This document shows, piece after piece, positions 47,766 to 59,350 of a DNA stretch of 64,000 bases. Source of the stretch: Squalus acanthias (taxonomy: Eukaryota); assembly GCA_030390025.1 (NCBI GenBank), contig JASTWF010000321.1, positions 434,001 through 498,000 on the forward strand, in the 5' to 3' direction. Made by a program: the position numbers and the translations under genes. Within the stretch, counting starts at the first letter, position 1. Every line of letters starts with the position of its first letter. The notes beneath the pieces were generated by a model. That model searched no databases. It was not told the DNA's origin and saw only the letters and a program-made list of their open reading frames with translations.

Positions 47766-50700
47766 CTCCCCAGAGCCCCCATTCCCCAGTCTCCCTCTCT
47801 CCCCGAGTCCCCAGTCTCCCTCTCTCCCCGAGCCCCCATTCCCCCTCTATCCCCGAGCCCCCATTTCCCAGTCTCCATCTCTCCCCGAGCCCACATTCCC
47901 CAGTCTCCCTCTCTCCCCGAGCCCCCATTCCCCAGTCTCCCTCTCTCCCCGAGCCCCCATTCCCCAGTCTCTCTCTCTCCCCGGATCCCCATTCCCCAGT
48001 CTCCCTCTCTCCCCGAGCCCCCATTCCCCAGTCTCTCTCTCTCTCCCCGAGCCCCCATTCCCCAGTCTCCCTCTCTCCCCGAGCCCCCATTCCCCAGTCT
48101 CCCTCTCTCCCCGGACCCCCATTCCCCAGTCTCCCTCTCTCCCCGAGCCCCCATTCCCCAGTCTCCCTCTCTCCCCGAGCCCCCATTCCCCCTCTATCCC
48201 CGAGCCCCCATTTCCCATGCTCCATTTCTCCCCAGAGCCCCCATTCCCCAGTCTCCCTCTCTCCCCGAGCCCACATTCCCCAGTCTCCCTCTCTCCCCGA
48301 GCCCCCATTCCCCCTCTATCCCCGAGCCCCCATTTCCCATGCTCCATTTCTCCCCGAGCCCCCATTCCCCAGTCTCCCTCTCTCCCCGAGCTCCCATTCC
48401 CCAGTCTCTCTCTCTCTCCCCGAGCCCCCATTCCCCAGTCTCCCTCTCTCCCCGAGCCCCCATTCCCCATTCTCCCTCTCTCCCCAAGCCCCCATTCCCC
48501 AGTCTCCCTCTCTCCCCGAGCCCCATTCCCCAGTCTCTCTCTCTCCCCGAGCCCCCATTCCCCAGTCTCTCTCTTTCCCCGAGCCCCCATTCCCCGGTCT
48601 CCCTCTCTCCCCGAGCCCCCATTCCCCAGTCTCCCACTCTCCCCGAGCCCCCATTCTCCCTCTCTCCCCGAGCCCCCATTCCCCAGTCGCCCTCTCTCCC
48701 CGAGCCCCCATTCCCCAGTCTCCCTCTCTCCCCGAGCCCCCATTCCCCAGTCTCTCTCCCCGAGCCCCCATTCCCCGGTCTCCCTCTCACCCCGAGTCCC
48801 CATTCCCCAGTCTCCCTCTCTCCCCGAGTCCCCATTCCCCAGTCTCTCTCTCTCTCCCCGAGCCCCCATTCCCCAGTCTCCCTCTCTCCCCGAGCCCCCA
48901 TTCCCCAGTCTCCCTCTCTCCCCGAGTCCCCATTCCCCAGTCTCTCCCTCTCTCCCCGAGTCCCCATTCCCAGTCTCCCTCTCTCCCCGAGCCCCCATTC
49001 CCCAGTCTCCCTCTCTCCCCGAGTCCCCATTCCCCAGTCTCCCTCTCTCCCCGAGTCCCCATTCCCCAGTCTCTCTCTCTATCCCCGAGCCCCCATTCCC
49101 TAGTCTCCCTCTCTCCCCGAGTCCCCATTCCCCTGTCTCCCTCTCTCCCCGAGTCCCCATTCCCCTGTCTCCCTCTCTCCCCGAGCCCCCATTCCCCAGT
49201 CTCCCTCTCTCCCCGAGCCCCCATTCCCCAGTCTCCCTCTCTCCCCGAGTACCCATTCCCCAGTCTCTCTCTCTATCCCCGAGCCCCCATTCCCCAGTCT
49301 CCCTCTCTCCCCGAGCTCCCATTCCCCTGTCTCCCTCTCTCCCCGAGCCCCCATTCCCCAGTCTCTCTCTCTATCCCCGAGCCCCCATTCCCCAGTCTCC
49401 CTCTCTCCCCGAGCCCCCATTCCCCAGTCTCCCTCTCTCCCCGAACCCCCATTCCCCAGTCTCTCTCTCTATCCCCGAGCCCCCATTCTCCAGTCTCTCT
49501 CTCTCCCCGAGCCCCCATTCCCCGGTCTCTCTCTCTCTCCCCGAGCCCCCATTCCCCAGGCTCTCTCTAGATCCCCGAGCCCCCATTCCCCAGTCTCCCT
49601 CTCTCCCCGAGCCCCCAATTCCCCAGTCTCCCTCTCTCCCCGAGCCCCCATTCCCCAGTCTCCCTCTCTCCCCGAACCCCCATTCCCCAGTCTCTCTCTC
49701 TCCCCGAGCCCCCATTCCCCAGTCTCTCCCTCTCTCCCCGAGCCCCCATTCCCCAGTCTCCCTCTCTCCCCGAGCCCCCATTCCCCAGTCTCCCTCTCTC
49801 CCCGAGCCCCCATTCCCCAGTCTCCCTCTCTCCCCGAACCCCCATTCCCCAGTCTCTCTCTCTCCCCGAGCCCCCATTCCCCAGTCTCTCCCTCTCTCCC
49901 CGAGCTCCCAATTCCCCAGTCTCCCTCTCTCCCCGAACCCCCATTCCCCAGTCTCTCTCTCTCCCCGAGCCCCCATTCCCCAGTCTCTCCCTCTCTCCCC
50001 GATCCCCCATTCCCCAGTCTCTCTCTCTCCCCGAGCCCCCATTCCCCAGTCTCCCTCTCTCCCCGAGCCCCCATTCCACGGTTTCTCTCTCTCCCCGAGC
50101 CCCCAATTCCCCAGTCTCCCTCTCTCCCCGAGCCCCCATTCCCCAGTCTCCCTCTCTCCCCGAGTCCCCATTCCCCAGTCTCTCTCTCTATCCCCGAGCC
50201 CCTATTCCCCAGTCTCCCTCTCTCCCCGAGCCCCCATTCCCCAGTCTCCCTCTCTCCCCGAGTCCCCATTCCCCAGTCTCCCTCTCTCCCCGAGCCCCCA
50301 TTCCCCAGTCTCCCTCTATCCCCGAGCCCCCATTCCCCAGTCTCCCTCACTTCCCGAGTCCCCATTCCCCAGTCTCTCTCTCTCCCCGAGCCCCCATTCC
50401 CCAGTCTCACTCTCTCCCCGAGCCCCCATTCCCCAGTCTCTCCCTCTATCCCCGAGCCCCCATTCCCCAGTCTCTCTCTTTCCCCGAGCCCCCATTCCCC
50501 AGTCTCACTCTCTCCCCGAGCCCCCATTCCCCAGTCTCTCCCTCTATCCCCGAGCCCCCATTCCCCAGTCTCCCTCTCTCCCCGAACCCCCATTCCCCAG
50601 TCTCACTCCCTATCCCCGAGCCCCCATTCCCCAGTCTCTCTCTCTCCCCGAGCCCCCATTCCCCAGTCTCCCTCTCTCCCCGAGTCCCCATTCCCCAGTC

Positions 50701-53700
50701 TCTCTCTCTCCCCGAGCCCCCATTCCCCAATCTCCCTCTATCCCCGAGCCCCCGTTCCCCAGTCTCTCTCTCTCCCCGAGCCCCCATTCCCCACTCTCCC
50801 TCTCTCCCCGAACCCCCATTCCCCAGCCTCACTCTCTCCCCGAGCCCCCATTCCCCAGTCTCCCTCTCTCCCCGAGCCCCCATTCCCCAGTCTCTCTCTC
50901 TCCCCGAGCCCCCATTCCCCAGTCTCCCTCTCTCCCCGAACCCCCATTCCCCAGTCTCCCTCTCTCCCCGAGCCCCCATTCCCCAGTCTCACTCCCTATC
51001 CCCGAGCCCCCATTCCCTAGTCTCTCTCTCTCCCCGAGCTCCCATTCCCCAGTCTCTCTCTCTCTCCCCGAGCTCCCATTCCCCAGTCTCCCTCTCTCCC
51101 CAAGCCCTCATTCCCCAGTCTATCTCTCCCCGAGCCCCCATTCCCCAGTCTCACTCCCTATCCCCGAGCCCCCATTCCCCAGTCTCCCTCCCTATCCCCG
51201 AGCCCCCATTCCCCAGTCTCTCTCTCTCCCCGAGCCCCCATTCCCCAGTCTCTCTCTCTCCCCGAGCCCCCATTCCCCATTCTCTCTCTCTCCCCGAGCC
51301 CCCATTCCCCAGTCTCTCTCTTTCCCCGAGCCCCCATTCCCCGGTCTCTCTCTCTCTCCCCGAGCCCCCATTCCCCAGTCTCTCTCTCTCCCCGAGCCCC
51401 CATTCCCCAGTCTCCCTCTCTCCCCGAGCTCCCATTCCCCAGTCTCCCTCTCTCCCCGAGCCGCCATTCCCCAGTCTCCCTCTCTCCCCGAGCCCCCATT
51501 CCCCAGTCTCTCTTTCCCCCCGAGCCCCCATTCCCCAGTCTCCCTCTCTCCCCGAGCCCCCATTCCCCAGTCTCTCTCTCTCCCCGAGCCCCCATTCCCC
51601 AGTCTCTCTCTTCCCCGAGCCCCCATTCCCCGGTCTCTCCCTCTATCCCCGAGCCCCCATTCCGCAGTCTCCCTCTCTCCCCGAGCCCCCATTCCCCAGT
51701 CTCTCTCTCTCTCCCCGAGCCCCCATTCCCCAGGCTCTCTCTAGATCCCCGAGCCCCCAATTCCCCAGTCTCCCTCTCTCCCCGAGCCCCCATTCCCCAG
51801 TCTCCCACTCTCCCCGAGCCCCCATTCTCCCTCTCTCCCCGAGCCCCCATTCCCCAGTCGCCCTCTCTCCCCGAGCCCCCATTCCCCAGTCTCCCTCTCT
51901 CCCCGAGCCCCCATTCCCCAGTCTCTCTCCCCGAGCCCCCATTCCCCGGTCTCCCTCTCACCCCGAGTCCCCATTCCCCAGTCTCCCTCTCTCCCCGAGT
52001 CCCCATTCCCCAGTCTCTCTCTCTCTCCCCGAGCCCCCATTCCCCAGTCTCCCTCTCTCCCCGAGCCCCCATTCCCCAGTCTCCCTCTCTCCCCGAGCCC
52101 CCATTCCCCAGTCTCTCCCTCTCTCCCCGAGTCCCCATTCCCCAGTCTCCCTCTCTCCCCGAGCCCCCATTCCCCAGTCTCCCTCTCTCCCCGAGTCCCC
52201 ATTCCCCAGTCTCCCTCTCTCCCCGAGTCCCCATTCCCCAGTCTCTCTCTCTACCCCGAAGCCCCCATTCCCTAGTCTCCCTCTCTCCCCGAGTCCCCAT
52301 TCCCCTGTCTCCCTCTCTCCCCGAGTCCCCATTCCCCACTCTCCCTCTCTCCCCGAGCCCCCATTCCCCAGTCTCCCTCTCTCCCCGAGCCCCCATTCCC
52401 CAGTCTCCCTCTCTCCCCGTGTACCCATTCCCCAGTCACTCTCTCTCTCCCGGAGCCCCCATTCCCCAGTCTCTCTCTCTATCCCCGAGCCCCCATTCCC
52501 CAGTCTCCCTCTCTCCCCGAGCTCCCATTCCCCTGTCTCACTCTCTCCCCGAGCCCCCATTCCCCAGTCTCTCTCTCTATCCCCGAGCCCCCATTCCCCA
52601 GTCTCCCTCTCTCCCCGAGCCCCCATTCCCCAGTCTCCCTCTCTCCCCGAACCCCCATTCCCCAGTCTCTCTCTCTATCCCCGAGCCCCCATTCTCCAGT
52701 CTCTCTCTCTCCCCGAGCCCCCATTCCCCGGTCTCTCTCTCTCTCCCCGAGCCCCCATTCCCCAGGCTCTCTCTAGATCCCCGAGCCCCCATTCCCCAGT
52801 CTCCCTCTCTCCCCGAGCCCCCAATTCCCCAGTCTCCCTCTCTCCCCGAGCCCCCATTCCCCAGTCTCCCTCTCTCCCCGAACCCCCATTCCCCAGTCTC
52901 TCTCTCTCCCCGAGCCCCCATTCCCCAGTCTCTCCCTCTCTCCCCGAGCCCCCATTCCCCAGTCTCCCTCTCTCCCCGAGCCCCCATTCCCCAGTCTCCC
53001 TCTCTCCCCGAGCCCCCATTCCCCAGTCTCCCTCTCTCCCCGAACCCCCATTCCCCAGTCTCTCTCTCTCCCCGAGCCCCCATTCCCCAGTCTCTCCCTC
53101 TCTCCCCGAGCCCCCAATTCCCCAGTCTCCCTCTCTCCCCGAACCCCCATTCCCCAGTCTCTCTCTCTCCCCGAGCCCCCATTCCCCAGTCTCTCCCTCT
53201 CTCCCCGAGCCCCCATTCCCCAGTCTCTCTCTCTCCCCGAGCCCCCATTCCCCAGTCTCCCTCTCTCCCCGAGCCCCCATTCCCCAGTCTCTCTCTCTCC
53301 CCGAGCCCCCATTCCCCAGTCTCCCTCTCTCCCCGAGCCCCCATTCCCCAGTCTCCCTCTCTCCCCGAGCCCCCATTCCCCAGTCTCTCTCTCTCCCCGA
53401 GCCCCCATTCCCCAGTCTCCCTCTCTCCCCGAGCCCCCATTCCCCAGTCTCCCTCTCTCCCCGAGCCCCCATTCCCCAGTCTCCCTCTCTCCCCGAGCCC
53501 CCATTCCCCAGTCTCCTCTCTCCCCGAGCCCCCATTCCCCAGTCTCCCTCTCTCCCGAGCCCCCATTCCCCAGTCTCTCTCTCTCCCCGAGCCCCCATTC
53601 CCCAGTCTCACTCTCTCCCCGAGCCCCCATTCCCCAGTCTCTCTCTCTCCCCGAGCCCCCATTCCCCAGTCTCCCTCTCTCCCCGAGCCCCCATTCCCCA

Positions 53701-55146
53701 GTCTCCCTCTCTCCCCGAGTCCCCATTCCCCAGTCTCACTCTCTCCCCGAGCCCCCATTCCCCAGTCTCTCCCTCTATCCCCGAGCCCCCATTCCCCAGT
53801 CTCCCTCTCTCCCCGAGCCCCCATTCCCCAGTCTCACTCTCTCCCCGAGCCCCCATTCCCCAGTCTCTCTCTCTCCCCGAGCCCCCATTCCCCAGTCTCC
53901 CTCTCTCCCCGAGCCCCCATTCCCCAGTCTCTCTCTCTCCCCGAGCCCCCATTCCCCAGTCTCCCTCTCTCCCCGAGCCCCCATTCCCCAGTCTCTCTCT
54001 CTCCCCGAGCCCCCATTCCCCAGTCTCCCTCTCTCCCCGAGCCCCCATTCCCCAGTCTCACTCTCTCCCCGAGCCCCCATTCCCCAGTCTCCCTCTCTCC
54101 CCGAGCCCCCATTCCCCAGTCTCTCTCTCTCCCCGAGCCCCCATTCCCCAGTCTCCCTCTCTCCCCGAGCCCCCATTCCCCAGTCTCCCTCTCTCCCCGA
54201 GCCCCCATTCCCCAGTCTCACTCCTATCCCCGAGCCCCCATTCCCTCAGTCTCTCTCTCTCCCCGAGCCCCCATTCCCCAGTCTCTCTCTCTCTCCCCGA
54301 GCTCCCATTCCCCAGTCTCCCTCTCTCCCCAAGCCCTCATTCCCCAGTCTCTCTCTCCCCGAGCCCCCATTCCCCAGTCTCACTCTCTCCCCGAGCCCCC
54401 ATTCCCCAGTCTCCCTCCTATCCCCGAGCCCCCATTCCCCAGTCTCTCTCTCTCCCCGAGCCCCCATTCCCCAGTCTCTCTCTCTCCCCGAGCCCCCATT
54501 CCCCATTCTCTCTCTCTCCCCGAGCCCCCATTCCCCAGTCTCTCTCTCTCCCCGAGCCCCCATTCCCCATTCTCTCTCTCTCCCCGAGCCCCCATTCCCC
54601 AGTCTCTCCCTCTCTCCCCGAGCCCCCATTCCCCAGTCTCTCTCTCTCTCCCCGAGCCCCCATTCCCCAGTCTCTCTCTCTCCCCGAGCCCCCATTCCCC
54701 AGTCTCTCTCTCTCCCCCGAGCCCCCATTCCCCAGTCTCCCTCTCTCCCCGAGCCGCCATTCCCCAGTCTCCCTCTCTCCCCGAGCCCCCATTCCCCAGT
54801 CTCCCTCTCTCCCCCGAGCCCCCATTCCCCAGTCTCTCCTCTCTCCCCGAGCCCCCATTCCCCAGTCTCTCTCTCTATCCCCGAGCCCCCATTCCCCAGT
54901 CTCCTCTCTCTCCCCGAGCCCCCATTCCCCAGTCTCTCTCTCTCCCCGAGCCCCCATTCCCCAGTCTCCCTCTGTCCCCGAGCCCCCATTCCCCAGTCTC
55001 TCTCTCTCCCCTGAGCCCCCATTCCCCAGTCTCTCTCTCTCCCCGAGCCCCCATTCCCCAGTCTCCCTCTCTCCCCGAGCCCCCATTCCCCAGTCTCTCT
55101 CTCTCCCCCTGAGCCCCCATTCCCCAGTCTCTCTCTCTCCCCCGAG
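47766..55146. repeat. Minisatellite, about 32 bp unit ccccgagcccccattccccagtctccctctct
   Basis: Over 200 tandem units with extreme pyrimidine/purine strand asymmetry. Confidence 0.98.
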
Positions 55147-55407
55147 ACTCCACTTCAAATGTACTTCATTGGCTGTAAAGCTCTTTGGGACGTCCTGAGG
55201 TGGTGAAAGGCACTGTATAAATGCAAGATCTTTCTTTCTACCTATTTTAGATCAATGGCCCAGAAATCGCAGCAAAATAGACTGGCATTATTTAGAACTT
55301 TACTCAGCAAATGCGATTCTCTGTTGCTTCATTGACACAAGTGAAATTTAGCAAAATAAACCAATGCAACTGACAAGTGACTGAATGTAAAGAGTTAATA
55401 GAGTCAT

Positions 55408-56288
55408 GGGGGAGGAATTTGGTATCGCCCTGTTTGGGGCGCAATTATTGGTCGGGCGCAAAGTTTAGTGCCTGCCGCTAATTATCGTCTCTGACTGCAA
55501 ACTTGGCTTCTATCGCCCCTGGAGGTGATTGGAGCGCTAAATCAGGCGCTACACACCTCTCTTAAGGCGCAAAGGCCGAGGAGCGAGGCGCTAACTCAGA
55601 GCGCTGGCAAAGCTCATGTGATGTCAGTCAGCGATGAAACACAGACACAATGGCCCCGGCCAGTTCTTAAAGGGGAGGGTCGATCTTGCTTTCCATCCAC
55701 ATCCTGCTCATTGCAGCCTTGAATCTCGGCCTGGAGAGACCTGTACATCAAATCTGCTGGAAAAAACAATGGAGAGGCCCAGGGAAAGAACTCAGAGTGC
55801 AGCCCCCGTAGTCTCTTCTAAATCGATGCAACGAAGGTCAAATCAAAATGAACCTCCAAAGTGCTGCTCAGTACCCAAAACTCCTTCATACAGCATTGAA
55901 TCTCTCCAGAAGTCTCTCTCTCTCTCTCTTAGAATGCGTGGTGCAAAAATGTCGCCGACAAAAAAAGGCAGGAAGAGGCCGCCTTTAAATAGCGCTCCCC
56001 CAGTCCCTTCCCGACTGCAAAACTATCCCCTCAACCTGTCGTTGCTAGCAGCAGGCGGAAAGGCAGGGGGCGCCACTCAATATCCGGTCCGGGCGCTACC
56101 GGGGCATTGCACGCTCGACTGACGTCATGATTTGCGTGCGCAGGAGATCGTGGCGGTAGTGTTTAGCACTGCCGCAAAATGTCTGGTCAATTACACGAGC
56201 GACACAAACATCGCCGCGCCCGGGCGCTAGTTGCTTTGCGCCCCATTAGCGTGATAACAGGAGGCGCAAAGCAACTGAATTTTTCCCC
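55408..56288. mobile_element. Non-autonomous Harbinger-like DNA transposon
   Basis: Imperfect TIRs gggggaggaattt / aatttttcccc, possible cat duplication, CpG-rich subterminal regions. Confidence 0.5.
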
Positions 56289-56291
56289 CAT

Positions 56292-56491
56292 ATGCTTTGT
56301 TAACCACTCTCTCAATATATCCTGCCACTTTCAGGGACCTCTGCACATTAACTCCCAGGTCCCTTTATCCCTGCACACTCTTTAAAACTGCACCATTAAG
56401 TGTATATTGCCTTTCCCTGTTCCCTCTGCCAAAATGCATCACCTCACACTTCTCTGCATTAAATTCCAGCTGCCACTTGTCTGCCCATTCT
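56292..56491 (-). mobile_element. Short CR1 RT fragment
   Basis: Reverse complement encodes WADKWQLEFNAEKCEVMHFG...RDLGV. Confidence 0.75.
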
Positions 56492-56559
56492 TAACAATAA
56501 CTTGACAATAACGTGTTAATAGCAAGCGGCAGCAGGGGGTGGGACACAACTGTGTCCAC

Positions 56560-56730
56560 CTGATTGACAATCAAACGGGCCAATGAGAATCGGCAGGCAG
56601 TCTCCGGCAAGGTTCCGATACAGTGTTCCGGCCAATCAGGGTGTGGTGTGGGCGGGGCCTCGGGCCTGGGCCGCGCGCTGTGTTGCTGAGTGTCAGAAAG
56701 TGGGCGGGGCTGAGCTGCTGCAGTGGCCGC
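56560..56730 (+). promoter_or_regulatory. CpG-rich TATA-less promoter-like segment
   Basis: Two CCAAT boxes (near 56581 and 56631) and two GGGCGGGG GC boxes (near 56650 and 56702) in non-repeat sequence. Confidence 0.5.
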
Positions 56731-57734
56731 GGACAAGCAGAGAGTCGCTGCTCTTCACCATCGGCTCCAATCACACTCACTGCATCGCCCACTTCCTCAC
56801 TGCTCCCCACCGCTTCCCCAAGTGGCAGCGGCTGTGCTGCAAAGAAACTGCAGCAGGATCAAATGGATCAGCAATTGGAATGGGGGCCGTTGAGCGTTTT
56901 ACCGGGGCTTTTGATCCCCAGTAAAAGTGATGTTACCCACAGCCCTTATACCAGGGAGTCCAACACACGGATCCGGCCCGGGGAACAGTTTAATCCGGAC
57001 CGCAGACTTCCCCTCAGAGGCGGACTGACTATCGGGATATTTTCCCCAGTGGCCCCTGAATTTGACATCATGGAGCCAGTTCAACCTCTCCCTGTGAGCC
57101 CTGCAATGGAAAGTGTGGAGGGAAGGAGCGCCCGACCCTGCTTCGGTGGAAATTTGAACGAGTGAAGGAAAGGGGTGGAGACCCGGAATAACCAGGTCCC
57201 ACCCCAGATTCCTCCCCTGCCCGCCCAGATTGCGGGATTTTCTAATAAAGGAATTTCACAACAACAGGTCCGTGATTGATCCATGAATTGTTGTCTGTTG
57301 GTCTCTGTCTATCCTGTGATTTCAGTAGTGAAATCCCATTGCCAGAGTTAGAAACACTCTTCAGAGTGGAGTTTGACAGATTCAAGTGTCAGGCTGCACG
57401 GGGATGTGAGCTGTCACCTGAAGAATATGGAGCCCACTCTCCAAGTGCTGCGACTCTCAATAAATTACTCTCTGTCTCTTCATTCTTTCTCATTCTTTAC
57501 TTTTACACTTCAATATTTTGAAAGAATCATTTCACTGAAATGTGAAAAATTTATCTAATATGAAACTAGTGATTTGATCAGTGATCAGTTTTGTTTCTGA
57601 GTAAGAATCTAACATGAGACCAAGTGTTGTGATGCATCACCCTCTTTATTTCACAGTGAGAATACATTCCCAGCAGTTTGAAAAACAAAAGACAATCAAA
57701 GGCTAGAAGACAATGGCTTATTTACTCCACCAGA

Positions 57735-59003
57735 GAAGCTCTTCCTACAGTGCACAGCGTGCAGTCGACACAGTCTGTTTTAAAGTCCATTCCCATTATA
57801 TTTCAGAGTACAGGAGACACAACAATTTAAACACGGAAGGACATTCTTTAAGGTGATGTGATGAAAGCCTCAACATTTTACAAATGGTGAACACACTGCG
57901 TCTTTTACACTTTAAACATTCCCGTGTAATTAAATGATTCAGTGTTGAACTAACTTGTGGTTAAAAATGCACATTTTTTTATACATTCATGGGATGTGGG
58001 CTCTTTTCACATCACCTTTAAATCTTCTGATCAGCATGACTGTGATAAGCATAAACATAATCCATCGCTGTCTGAAAATAGAACATCCTGGAACTATATC
58101 TGGCAGCAGAACCATCTCAATCTCAGTCTGTGCACGATTCATTTAAAGCAAGGTTACAGAAAAGGGAAATTACTGCGGTGATTAATCCCTGTTGCCTAAA
58201 GGAGGGCCGACCACCCATGTACAACTGAGTTTAGCCCTGTGTATGTGCAATATGGAGACTTTAAACAAATATCTGTGACTTGATGGCTCTTTTTTCAAAA
58301 CCCCCAGATTTCTAAACAGAAATGGTTAAATGCGGAGCTTCCTATTACTGGCTGAGTAATTCTCCTTTATCCTTCAGTGTGGTTTCTCCGCACTTACACA
58401 ACTGGTAGATCACCAAAGCTGCCCCTCAGAGGTGGTCGGTCAGCAATGAATCTGGGACATTGGCAAATAACTTGGAATTGAAGGGGGCACCTAATTCTAA
58501 ACAATATTAAAAGGAGCAACAGCAGCCAGGACTCCTCTGCCGGGGCAGTCCGATCTGCCAGGGCCGGAGCCGAATGTCTGGTTAACGTGTGGGTGGAAGA
58601 CCACGTGGCTCCCCAACATATTTCATCTGGGGAATGACAAGGAGATCCACCCCCTGGTGAAAACCAGGGACTATCTGCCACAGGACGATAAGAGGTGATA
58701 CATTGAACTGGGCACCTGGAAAGAGCCGTTGTTTAGACTCATCGCACAAAACCAAATAATGTAAAATAAAAACCAGAAAATGGGAAAGAAAACCTCAGTG
58801 TTGGAGTTAACGGAGCTGAATAATTGTGAATGAAGAAGTTCCACCTCACAGTGCAGCAGTGTGGGTGGGAGAGAAAAACTGCCAACTGCCAGTAGAGGGC
58901 AGTATTTATAAACAGGGTCACCATGCACAGGGCTCTGGAGATGGGGCCTGGGGGGAATCGTTCCAAATCCCAACACTGCCACATGCACAGGGTTAAATCC
59001 AAT
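57735..59003 (-). repeat. Right arm of the inverted duplication
   Basis: Reverse complement of 32420-34050, minus the left-arm insertion. Confidence 0.93.
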
Positions 59004-59154
59004 GTGTACCTAAGTGCCTTACGTTTAAGGCGCTATATAAATGCAAGTTGTTTTGTCATTGTACTAAGCGGGAGGCCCAAATTGAAGTTAAGAATAGAGT
59101 TAAGCACATCTCACTGTTTGAAAGCTGGAACAGAAGCTTTCAGAAATAAGTTCT

Positions 59155-59311
59155 GTTTCATTTCTTCAGAAAGCTAATTTACATCATCCCATGTGTGTTA
59201 TACCAACCGATGAAAAATACATTTTTGTCAAAGGTACGATTGTCTTGGTCCAAGTCCTTTATGAATTCATTGAGGAGGCTGCCATACTCTTGGTTATCTT
59301 GCGTGAAAGTC
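59155..59311 (-). pseudogene. SOUL/heme-binding-protein-like terminal exon
   Basis: Acceptor tcttgttttgcag|G, then TFTQDNQEYGSLLNEFIKDLDQDNRTFDKNVFFIGWYNTHGMM*ISFLKK*. By eye it resembles the HEBP2 C-terminus (L..D...FD..VYY.AGYN). Confidence 0.55.
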
Positions 59312-59350
59312 CTGCAAAACAAGACATTGAAAGGGAATAAAGAGACTTTA

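Noticed and set aside
47664..55158. Very long Pro/Ser-rich and Gly/Glu/Arg-rich ORFs (up to 1351 aa)
   Set aside because: Artefacts of a stop-free minisatellite; open in multiple frames on both strands.
56623..57165. 180 aa ORF downstream of the promoter-like segment
   Set aside because: GC-rich sequence without domain signatures; coding status unsupported.
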